A stretch of 32,000 bases of DNA from an uncultured bacterium (GTDB lineage: Bacteria; Auribacterota; JACPWU01): positions 74,189-106,188 of the forward strand of contig CAZXEQ010000003.1 of the NCBI GenBank assembly GCA_964640155.1, read 5' to 3'. The translations under genes and the position numbers were made by a program. Under the pieces are notes generated by a model. The model was not told the DNA's origin. It saw only the letters and a list, made by a program, of their open reading frames with translations, and did not search any database. Below, piece by piece: positions 18,730 through 28,096 of the stretch. The stretch's first letter is position 1. Each line of letters begins with the position of its first letter.

Positions 18730-19436
18730 AAAAAGTAAATCGTTATGCCTCGTTGTTTTTGATAAGTGTGGGAATGTTTGTTTCTTCAGTTCAGGCGGCG
18801 ACTGTTACAGGAAAAGTGGCTTATGAAGGCGATATTCCAAAACCTAAACCTGTTAGTTTTGGGGCTGAAAAACAATGTGCGGATATGCACAAGGACAAAC
18901 CTGTGATGGCGGAAGATATGGTTATTAATTCCAATCAAACTGTTAAATGGGCCTTAGTGTATGTGAAAGAGGGAGTGAAAGGAGAATTTAAGGCGCCTGA
19001 GCAGTCTGTTTTGATTGATCAGAATGGATGTATTTTTCTTCCTCATGCGGCAGCAGCAATGGTAGGGCAAAAGGTTGCTTTTCAAAATAGTGATGAAGTT
19101 CTTCATAATATTCGTGCTAACAGTAAAATCAATACACCTTTTAACATTGCTCAGCCTTTCAAAGGAATTGTGATGGAACAAGTATTTGAAAAACCTGAGG
19201 TGGGAATCGAACTGGTTTGCGATGTCCATTTCTGGATGAAGTCATATCTTCACGTATTTAATCATCCCTTCTACGCAGTGACGCAAGATGATGGAACTTT
19301 TGTCATTAAGGATTTGCCGGCAGGAAGCTACACCTTAGAAGTATGGCATGAAAAATTGGGCTCTCAAACTCAAGCAGTAACAGTGGCAGAGGGGGATTCC
19401 AAAGAAGTAGTTTTTACTTTGAAAAAATCTTCCTAA
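18726..19436 (+). CDS. Secreted cupredoxin-like (type-1 copper) protein with a C-terminal carboxypeptidase-regulatory-like beta-sandwich
   Basis: ORF track, 236 aa, signal peptide ...VSSVQA. Ligand-like pattern LHNI...CDVHFWM (H...C-x2-H-x2-M). C-terminal DGTFVIKDLPAGSYTLEVWHEKLG. ATGA overlap with nosL. Confidence 0.6.
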   Translation: MKKVNRYASLFLISVGMFVSSVQAATVTGKVAYEGDIPKPKPVSFGAEKQCADMHKDKPVMAEDMVINSNQTVKWALVYVKEGVKGEFKAPEQSVLIDQNGCIFLPHAAAAMVGQKVAFQNSDEVLHNIRANSKINTPFNIAQPFKGIVMEQVFEKPEVGIELVCDVHFWMKSYLHVFNHPFYAVTQDDGTFVIKDLPAGSYTLEVWHEKLGSQTQAVTVAEGDSKEVVFTLKKSS

Positions 19437-19477
19437 TATTTATTTGAGAGACAAATGAGGGCTAGGGGCGGAAAAAA

Positions 19478-20542
19478 TTGATTGCGACTTCGGATCTTCG
19501 TCTTGTTTTTTGGGAAACGACGGCTGGATGCAATCTAGCCTGCATCCATTGCCGTCGGCTAGAGGTATCGAAAGAGCTTTCAAAAAAAGATCTTTCTTTT
19601 TTCCAGTCTCTGGAAATGATCGACCAAATTGCAAAAACTGGAAAACCCATTCTCGTCTTGTCAGGAGGTGAGCCCCTTTTTCGAAAAGATATTTTTGATT
19701 TGGCAAGATTTGCAAGAGCTAAAGGGCTTGAAGTTGCTTTGGCTTCTAATGGAACGCTGATCGATGATTTGATGGCAAAGAAAATTAAAGATTCTGGAAT
19801 CCGAAGAGTTGCCATAAGTTTGGATGGCCCTAACAGTCAAATTCACGATACTTTTCGAGGAGAGTCCGGAGCTTTTGAAAGGGCTATTCGAGGCTGCCAG
19901 GCTATTCGAAAGGCCGGAATCAGTTTGCAAATTAACACTACATTAACTCAGCATAATCAAGATCATCGGGATGCCATTTATGATAGGGTGATGGATTTAG
20001 GTGCGGATGCTTTTCATCTTTTTATGCTGGTTCCTGTGGGATGCGGTCTTGAAATTGCAAAAAGTCATCAGGTCAATGCCCAAAAATATGAAGAAATTTT
20101 ACAATGGCTTTATGAAAAATCTTTGGAACAGAAAATCCATGTTCGAGCAACCTGTGCCCCGCACTATTTTCGTATTTTACGACATCACGCAATAAAAGAG
20201 AAGCGGCCCATGTCTTATTCAAAACGGGGAATGCAGGCGATGACTCGAGGTTGTTTGGCCGGAAGCTCCATTTGTTTTATTTCTCACGAGGGAAAAGTTT
20301 TCCCCTGTGGCTATTTACCCCTATCGTCTGGAACTGTACCCAAAACATCTTTTGAGCAGATATGGAACACATCTGATGTTTTTCAACTCTTAAGAAATAC
20401 ACAGAACTTAAAAGGCAAATGTGGAATGTGTGAATTTAAGAAAGTTTGTATGGGATGTCGCGCAAGGGCTTATTACCAGACAGGTGATTATTTAGAAGAG
20501 GAACCCTTTTGTGTGTATGAGCCTCAAGAAAGGAAATATTAA
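19478..20542 (+). CDS. Radical SAM/SPASM protein of the NirJ/AhbC/AhbD family (AhbD-like, tentative)
   Basis: ORF track, 354 aa, TTG start. CNLACIHC (CxxxCxxC) cluster motif and C-terminal CGMCEFKKVCMGCRARA. Confidence 0.8.
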   Translation: MIATSDLRLVFWETTAGCNLACIHCRRLEVSKELSKKDLSFFQSLEMIDQIAKTGKPILVLSGGEPLFRKDIFDLARFARAKGLEVALASNGTLIDDLMAKKIKDSGIRRVAISLDGPNSQIHDTFRGESGAFERAIRGCQAIRKAGISLQINTTLTQHNQDHRDAIYDRVMDLGADAFHLFMLVPVGCGLEIAKSHQVNAQKYEEILQWLYEKSLEQKIHVRATCAPHYFRILRHHAIKEKRPMSYSKRGMQAMTRGCLAGSSICFISHEGKVFPCGYLPLSSGTVPKTSFEQIWNTSDVFQLLRNTQNLKGKCGMCEFKKVCMGCRARAYYQTGDYLEEEPFCVYEPQERKY

Positions 20543-20544
20543 AA

Positions 20545-21756
20545 ATGATCGACCTTACACGTCTTTATTGTAATGAGAAAACAGCAGGTGAGAAAATTCG
20601 TTATGAATGGCGAGAAAAAGAAAAGGATGTACTTCAATCAGCCATGGACCGGCGTCCTGTGGTTGTTTGGAATATGACTAGGACCTGTAATCTGAAATGT
20701 ATGCATTGCTATTCAGATTCAGAAGGTAAGATCTATCCAGGTGAATTAACAACAGATGAGGCTTTGGCTGTTGTTCATGACTTGGCGCAATTTAAAGTTC
20801 CTGCTTTGCTCCTTTCCGGGGGAGAACCCCTTTTAAGAAAAGATCTTTTTTTGATTGCACAAGAAGCAAGACGATTGGGGCTTCGTGTCACTTTATCGAG
20901 TAATGGAACTTTGATCACACGAGAGATTGCCGAGAAAATCAAGGAAGCAGGTTTTATTTATGTGGGTTTGAGTTTGGATGGCATTGGAGAGGTTCATGAT
21001 CACTTTCGAGGTGTCAAAGGTGCTTTTAAAAAAACTCTTTCTGCTATTCGACATTGTAAAGAGGTAGGACAAAAGGTGGGTTTGAGGCTGACCATGACGC
21101 GTCATACCATTCAAAATCTTGATGAAATTTTTAATCTTATGATTACAGAAAAAATTGATAGAGCCTGCTTCTATCATTTGGTATTTACAGGTAGGGGAAG
21201 ATTTTTAAAAGAGGAGGCTTTATCTCGAGATGAATTGCGAGAAGCGATGGATCTCATTATAAAATGGACGAAAAATTTGCATCTTTTAGAAATAAAAAAA
21301 GAAATACTCACTGTTGGAAATCCTGCAGATGGTGTTTATCTTTATTTGAAACTTCTCAAAGAAGGTAGAAAAGACAAAGCACAAGAAGTTCTGGATCTTA
21401 TTACTTTGAATGGTGGAGGTCAGTTTGGTTCAGGTGTAGGGTTAGGATGCATCGACTTTTTTGGAAATGTTCATCCGGATCAATTTTGGATGACCCAGAC
21501 TTTGGGTAATGTGAAAGACAAACCCTTTAGTCAGATTTGGCAAGATGTTAGTCATCCCCTGATGAAGGGATTGAAAAATCGCTTACCTCTTCTAAAGGGA
21601 AGATGTGCTTCTTGCTTTTGGAAGGCTCAATGTGGGGGAGGTCTTCGCACCAGGGGCTATCTTGCGACACAAGATCCATGGGCTGAAGATCCAGGCTGTT
21701 ACTTGTCTGATGAGGAAGTTTTTAATAAATTTGCTACGCGTTCCACAGCATTCTGA
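20545..21756 (+). CDS. Radical SAM protein of the NirJ/AhbC/AhbD family (NirJ/AhbC-like, tentative)
   Basis: ORF track, 403 aa. LTRLYCNEKTAGEKIRY...RPVVVWNMTRTCNLKCMHCYS is a typical NirJ-like N-terminus. C-terminal CASCFWKAQCGGG. Confidence 0.8.
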   Translation: MIDLTRLYCNEKTAGEKIRYEWREKEKDVLQSAMDRRPVVVWNMTRTCNLKCMHCYSDSEGKIYPGELTTDEALAVVHDLAQFKVPALLLSGGEPLLRKDLFLIAQEARRLGLRVTLSSNGTLITREIAEKIKEAGFIYVGLSLDGIGEVHDHFRGVKGAFKKTLSAIRHCKEVGQKVGLRLTMTRHTIQNLDEIFNLMITEKIDRACFYHLVFTGRGRFLKEEALSRDELREAMDLIIKWTKNLHLLEIKKEILTVGNPADGVYLYLKLLKEGRKDKAQEVLDLITLNGGGQFGSGVGLGCIDFFGNVHPDQFWMTQTLGNVKDKPFSQIWQDVSHPLMKGLKNRLPLLKGRCASCFWKAQCGGGLRTRGYLATQDPWAEDPGCYLSDEEVFNKFATRSTAF

Positions 21757-22106
21757 ATTTCCGGAATATTATAAGGTTTATTAATAAATTCTGCAGCACC
21801 TTCCTTAATAGATTCCGCATACACCCCCCAATCACCGAAAGCAGTAATTAAAATAACATAAGTTTTAGGAGAATGCTTTTTTGTATATTTTAAAACTTCA
21901 AGACCATCGACTTTGGGCATACTGACATCTGTAAAAACAATATCAAAATTGTTTTGATGAATCAGTTTTAAAGCTTCTTCAGATTCGGTGGAGACTTTCA
22001 CATCTCGACCTTCCGCTTTTAAAATGGTATGTAAAATTTCAGCCTGCTCAGCATTATCGTCGATGACAAGAATTTTTAAAGGCTTCATATCTATCTCCCT
22101 TTCCAC
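21699..22106 (-). CDS. Stand-alone response-regulator receiver (CheY-like)
   Basis: ORF track, 135 aa. VIDDN acidic pocket, FTDVSMPKVDG phospho-acceptor Asp, ILITAFGD, KPY Lys. Confidence 0.85.
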   Translation of the reverse strand: MEREIDMKPLKILVIDDNAEQAEILHTILKAEGRDVKVSTESEEALKLIHQNNFDIVFTDVSMPKVDGLEVLKYTKKHSPKTYVILITAFGDWGVYAESIKEGAAEFINKPYNIPEIQNAVERVANLLKTSSSDK

Positions 22107-22330
22107 AGTTATTGTAACATAGCAAATTAAATTTGAATTAATGATATAGAAACTTAGTGCAAGGTAGAAGTTTTTATTTTTAAGTTTTTTAATTTATTCT
22201 ATAACTTATTTATTAAGAGGTAATTACAAATTATTTATTATATGGGCTATTTGTCTTTTGAGCTATTTTGTGCTATGTTAACTAAAGTGTGTAAGGGGAA
22301 ACTGAGGTGGGTAACTAGGGGAGTTTTTTA

Positions 22331-25300
22331 ATGAGAAGTGGTAGCTCTTTCTGGCATGTTTTTTTTAGAAAAATAAATTCTTGGATTATCATTTTTTCAT
22401 TTCTTTTAAGTTCTATTCCAGAACTTAATGAACCACTTTGGGCTCAAACAACTTTTTCCAAAAATGCCTTACCTGCTCAAATATTTTCTCCTGAAACTTT
22501 TTCTCATTCTTGGTCTAAAAAAATCAATTCTCTAGAAACTCCAGATTTAGATTTGGGTGAAATTTATCAGGGACAAACGAATGTGGGTATTTTTTTAATT
22601 CGTGACCTGCATTGTCAGCCACAAGCTCAACTTAAAGTTGCCAGAGGAATAGAAAAATTTTGTGAATTAGCAGGCGTTTCAAAAGTTTTTATAGAGGGAG
22701 CAAGTGATGAGATCAACATGGATCTTTATCAAGCATTTCCTGATGCAAAAATTAGGCATCTTGTGGCGCTTCATTTTTTAGAAAAAGGATATCTTACGGG
22801 ACCTGAATTTTTAAGCATGGAAATGGGAAATAAAAGTCAGTTTAAACTTTACGGGGTTGAAAACTCAAAGCTATATTTAGAAAATTTTGACGCTTTTCAA
22901 AAAATAAAATCTTTTTATAAGAAAAATAAAAAGATTATTGAACAAGTGAGTGAAAAGTTAAAAAGTTTAAAAAAAGAAAAAATTTCGAAAAATTTAAATA
23001 ATTTTATGGATCAATGGGAGGCTTGGCAGAATGGTGAGCTGAGTTTGCCTGATTTTCTTGCCAGAGTGGAGCCGTTAATTAAAGAGAAGGGTCAGAATAT
23101 TGAAGGAAGCCAGAAGATTTTAAAATGGTGTTCTTGGATAAAAGAAGCCAAGGGTTTAAATAGTCCAAAAATCCAACAAGAGCTTAATTCCTTCTTGCAT
23201 GAAATGGAGAAAAAACTGACTCAAGAATCTTTGAAAAATCTTGCCCCCTATCGGGGACTATCCTTACAGGACTATCTCTACGAGACTGCAAAAGCCCGTA
23301 AAAGATTGAAAAATCTTGTTGAGAAAACTTTGAAATATCGCTTGGGAAAAATCTCGCCAAAAAGTTATTTAGAGTATGTGAAGAGGCTTTATGAGAATCA
23401 TACCCAATCCTCTAAAAGTTTTGATCAAGCGTTTTCTGCCTTGGCTTTCTGGTATGTGTCTTTGGAGGAAGGGGAAGAGATGAAGCGTTCGAATATTTCA
23501 AAGATATTAAACCGTGTGATGGATGATTTAACGGATCAATGGGCAAAAGAAGAGGGATCTCAAGCCTTTATCGCTTTGTATAAGGATTGGGAATTATTAA
23601 AAAAAGGATTTCGATTGGAATTTGAGCGAAATGAAAGAAGGCAATTTTCTTTGTGGATAAAGAAAACAGGTTGGAAAAATTTTAGTAAAGATTCTCAAGA
23701 ATTAGGGATTGTTCTAGATGAAGAAAACTTTGAAAAAATCATTCAGAATATAGATCAATTTTATGATCTTGCCATCAAGCGTGATCATGTGATGGTGAAT
23801 AATCTTTTGAAAAAAGTGAAACAACCCACAATCCACCATCCTCAAATCACTGTTTTAATTGCTGGGGGTTTTCATACAGAAGGAATTCAAAGACTGCTTA
23901 AAAAGAAAGGGATTTCTTACGCTGTTTGGACACCCAAGATGACAGGCGAATTTGATAATCATCTTTATGAAGAAAGAATGATTGAACAGGCTCGTGCGGT
24001 GAGGTCCAGTTCTGCGAGTTTCTCATTTGATCGTAAACGAATAATAACCCCTCCACCTCCCCTTAAATTAAGGGGAGTGAAAATGAAAGAGGAAGACTCC
24101 CCTCTTAAATTAAGAGGGGTGGGGGGAGTTATATCAAAAAAAGTAGAAAAGCTTTCTGCTGCTTTGATTTTGGATAATATTTTGGAGATGTTAGGAAAAG
24201 AGGCCTTTGATCAAGCAACGTTTCGACATCGGGTTGAGATTTTAAGAAGATTAATGCAAGACTTGAGACGGGATGTCATTGCGAGGGAAGCTGATTTATC
24301 GGCTGACCGAAGCAATCTTGTTTTAGAAGACGAGATTGCTTCGCCTACGGCTCGCAATGACACGCGAGCTAGCCAGGGAAATTATTTTTCCGTGAATGAG
24401 GTTGTCGAAACATGGCTTGCTGAAATACGTGGGGAAGAAAAAAATATTTTAGGAAAAATGCAATGGGATGACATTCGTCTCCTTTTTGAGGCTTTGGATC
24501 CGGAAGGGGTTATGGCGGATGATCAATTTGATCCCAATAATGAAATTCAAAGAGGATTATATATAGAAGCTGTTGAACAGGCTTATGGAGAATTATTTCC
24601 CGCCCGCGTTGCGTTGACTAAGGCTTATTTTGATTTGCGATCTCAAAGGGAAGAGGCTGACGCTTCAGAAGTTTCTCCAGATGGAGTTCGTATTTATCGA
24701 GGGAAAGAGACTTTGGAGCTTCTAGGGATGGATTATCCAGAATTTCAAAGATTTATTAGGGCTCTTCTGGCCTTTGAAGAAGAGATCAAAAACGACTCTC
24801 TTTTTATCGCTGCTTCGAGTCGATTGATTTCTATGAGAACTGGGTGGCGTATGGCACAAGATGTTTTAGAAATGACTAAGAAATTTAAGGATATGGAAAT
24901 AAAGAATCCTTTGGGATATGCCTTAATATATGCTTTTGAAAATAATTATTCTGATTTGCTCGACTCTATGGCTGTTGGAGACCAGATGATTCGCGTTTTT
25001 ATAACGCACTGTGCTTTATGGTTGGGGGCTGACTTTTTTGATAGAACTCAGCATGCTGAAAGAAATATTTTGAGAATATGGTATAAAATTCAGAAAAATG
25101 GAACTTTAAGTTATGTTGAAGAAAAAGTCGCTCGTGCTCTCATGGGCAATAAACCTGTTCTTTTTGAAGAAGAGCCAGGATCAGATCCAGAACTTATGGA
25201 AGCCGTTCATTTTTTTGGAAAGGATGCACAGATCAGTGAGATTCACCTTCATCCTTTTACAGATGATGCGCATTTGATGGGACGGCGAATTCCAAGAGAG

Positions 25301-28096
25301 CAAGGTGAAGGACTTGAATATGGTTATGGAGAGATTTTAAGAGCTGTTGAAGCGGCTCGAAAGAATCCAGGCAAAAAACATATTCTTATTTTTAAAAATG
25401 TGGAAGCCATGGAACCCGGAATCAGAACCATGCTTCAAGAGATTTTGAGAATTCGTGAGATTCGAGATCCACATTTGGGAGGATCAGTAAGGTTGCCAGA
25501 CAATATTCAATTTCTTTTTACAATGGAAAAGGGAGTGAATTTGGAAGATGACTCCTTTCTGGATCGTGTGTTGATTAAAGTTATTCAGTCCAATAATCCT
25601 CAAAAAGAGGAAGAAATCCAAATTTCGTTAAATCCCCCTCTTGAATCAAGAGGGGATAGGGGAGTTAATGAAGATGTAACCCCTCTAACTTCTCTTGATC
25701 CAAGGGGAGAGATTGAAGTTAAAGAGGGAAAACTCATTCTGGCAGGAACTGAAATTCTCCTTGCTGAAAAATTTCACGATTTAACTTCAGAAAATTTACA
25801 TGACGAGCTTTACAAGCGTTTGGGTCTTATTCTAGATGAAGAGACCATTAAAATGTTGATCGCTATGCAAATGATGGTTAATCAACATAAGCCCATCTTA
25901 AGAATTGAAGGAGCTTCTGGAGTTGGAAAAACATTTACAGCTCGCGCATTTGCATCTTTGACCGGAAGAGACTTTTCTTCCAATCCTGTGAATCGAGCCA
26001 CAGATATTTCTGAATTTATTGGAGGATATGAAGCCAATGAAGAAGGAAATTTTAAATTTAATCCTCGTACTCTTTTTAGAGAAGTGCTTGAAAAGGGAGG
26101 TGTGATTGCTTTAAGCGAGCTCAATGCCTTAATTGATGAAAATGATAAAGTGAGTTTAGCTTGGTGGCTTCAGCAATTGGCAGAGTCTAAGCCAGACGCA
26201 GAGGGTTTTCGTACGATTTATTTAACGGAACTACCTACAGCAGCTGGAAAATTTAAGCGTTCTGAGCTTGATAAAATTCGAGTTTCTCCAAAAGCTTTAG
26301 TCATTATTGATACCAATCCTGAAACAAATTATGGGGCACGTGGAACTTTCCCCAAAAGATTTAAAGAAGCAACGCCGGTTTTGAAAATTGGGGAATTTAT
26401 TCAACAAGAAAAAGTTTCCCCTCCCTCAATTTCCACCCCCCTCACCCAACCTCTCCCACCAGGGGAGAGGGGACAGCCTGAAATTTCTGATGCTGCGCAG
26501 AAAAATCTAAAGAAAATCCAGCAACATTTAAATCTCTTTTTAAAATTCCCATGGGAAGTGGAAGGCAAAATCATTTCTGAGGGAATTACAGATGATCTAG
26601 AGCGCAACGAACTTTCTGAAAAGCTCGCAACTCTTTTTAATAAAATTGTTCAGGCCTATTTAAGTCAAGATCTGGGTAAAGACGAAGATATTATTTTTAC
26701 TAAGAGAGAATTGAAACGTTTGGCTGAAGATGTGATGTACGCTAAAAAAGTTTTAAAAAAATCTCATGACGAAGCTTTAATGTATGGAGCTAGGATTCAT
26801 TTGGTCTCTCGATGGAAGAAGCAAACAGATCGTGACAAGGCGTTAGAAATCATTGAAGCAGAATTCGCAAAGGGGAGAGCTCCTCCCAGTCTGGCTCCCA
26901 AAAATCTCCAAGAATTTATTCTGGATCAAAGTATTGATAAAAACAGAACGGTACATGTCTATGCAGAACCTCAAACAGATGTTGCAAAAGAATTAGAAAA
27001 ATTAAAAGCTGCGCGTCCCAATTTACGTGTAGTTGTAATTCCTGCCACAGATGAAACCGATCGTTTCATGTTGGAAGGAGGATTTATTCCAACTGAAGCA
27101 GGTGGGATGGCCTTAGCTCGTGGGGTATTGGGACGTTTAATTCATGCTGCCAACAATGCTCCTCCTGGAGAAGAAGTTCTTTATGTGCTCGATAACGCAC
27201 ATAATATCCCTCCTCAAGAAATTATAGCTCTCAATGAATTTTTGCAAGACCGCCTTTTAAAAATTAAAGGCAGAAATGAAGGGAAACTTCCTCTCAATGC
27301 ACATATTCTTTTCTTAAGCCGTCAGGATTCAGAAACAACCTGGTCTCAGGCTGAACAATCTCGAGCAGTTCCCTACGGTTATTCTCCTTCCTATGATTTT
27401 AGACAAGAATTTGTTGAACAAATTAAAACGAAAGCTCTTGATTGGAATCCTTACGCAGAGAAATTTTATAATGTTTTGTCTGAGTTTGAACGCAAATATC
27501 GAGAAGTATTAGAAGATAAAGGTGAAGCTTACCGAGGCAGAATTTCAGATGCCAGGTGGAAAGCGTTTCTAGAGCGTGTTGTGTTCTGTGCTGGGCATAC
27601 ACGCGTTGAAGATTATTCAAGCTTGATTCGAAGGATAGAAGAAGAGCTCGATCTTTTTTATCTGCGTGGACTAGACAATGCAAGTATTCAGTTACCCTTA
27701 GAACAATTGCGTACAGGTTTTCGATCGGTGCAGTATTTTGTGAATCAGGATGTGGAAAAAAGGAAAAGAGAAGAGAGAGTGATTCAGGGTCAAGGAAAAG
27801 GGGGCTCGGAACAAAAAGAAATTCAAGAAGAAAGTGTTTATGAGAGCGTGGTTCGTTTGCAAGCTGAAATTGCAACCAGTGAGCCAGAGGCAAGAGAAAG
27901 ATTTGCTCGAGAATTAGCGACATTTATGAATAAGAAAAGCAACGATGTGGAATGGGTAGAAATTTTTGGCATTCATAAGATTGATTTAAAACCTGGAGAT
28001 TTGTTCTATTCGAATCCTGAAGAACTTGAAGAAACACGTATGGGTATAGTCATAACTGAGTCAAGATGCCTTTCTACTGGAGACGGCAATGAGATA
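22331..28096 (+). CDS. ORF A, 1,921-aa protein: N-terminal signal-anchor, about 500-aa N-terminal domain, helical regions and three AAA_5 (MoxR/dynein/midasin-like) ATPase modules
   Basis: Not in the ORF track. I translated every codon from ATG 22331 (GGGGAG 7 nt upstream, in-frame TAG at 22316..22318) and found no stop until TAA 28094..28096. Key motifs are GASGVGKT (25910..25933) and LVIIDTNPETNYGARGTFPKRF (an AAA_5-like sensor region). Confidence 0.8.
24044..24132. repeat. Palindromic element E1, translated in frame in ORF A (ITPPPPLKLRGVKMKEEDSPLKLRGVGGVI)
   Basis: Inverted termini ATAACCCCTCC / GGGGGGAGTTAT. Two internal palindromes, CCCCTTAA-A-TTAAGGGG and CCCCTCTTAA-A-TTAAGAGGGG. GC-rich relative to the flanks. 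Confidence 0.7.
24275..24361. repeat. Palindromic element E2 (87 nt), translated in frame in ORF A (VIAREADLSADRSNLVLEDEIASPTARND)
   Basis: Nested inverted repeats. Outer pair GTCATTGCGAG (24275..24285) / CTCGCAATGAC (24351..24361). Inner pair CGAAGCAATCT (24308..24318) / AGATTGCTTCG (24333..24343). Confidence 0.75.
25631..25712. repeat. Palindromic element E3 (E1 family, rearranged halves), translated in frame in ORF A (LNPPLESRGDRGVNEDVTPLTSLDPRGE)
   Basis: CCCCTCTTGA-A-TCAAGAGGGG (25635..25655), followed by GGGGAGTTA, a short spacer, TAACCCCTC and a degenerate second palindrome. Confidence 0.6.
25910..25933 (+). other. The only canonical Walker A (GASGVGKT) in ORF A
   Basis: gga gct tct gga gtt gga aaa aca, read in the ORF A frame. 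Confidence 0.8.
26436..26474. repeat. GC-rich hairpin element E4, translated in frame in ORF A (PLTQPLPPGERGQ)
   Basis: CCTCTCCC-acca-GGGAGAGG (26450..26470), embedded in a C-rich then G-rich tract. Confidence 0.55.

Noticed and set aside
21699-21756. 58-nt convergent overlap between the second radical SAM gene and the CheY-like gene
   Set aside because: Only the non-conserved C-terminal tails overlap. This is probably incidental, and there is no evidence for antisense regulation.
22207-22240. Direct repeat TTATTTATTA (22207..22216 and 22231..22240) and GCTATTT(T)GT repeats upstream of ORF A as regulator binding sites
   Set aside because: They are short and lie in an extremely AT-rich leader where such matches are expected by chance. 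I cannot support them without comparative data.
28057-28096. Programmed -1 ribosomal frameshift at the ORF A/B junction
   Set aside because: There is no X XXY YYZ slippery heptamer anywhere in the 28060..28093 overlap, and no obvious downstream stem-loop. An indel or genuinely separate genes is more parsimonious.
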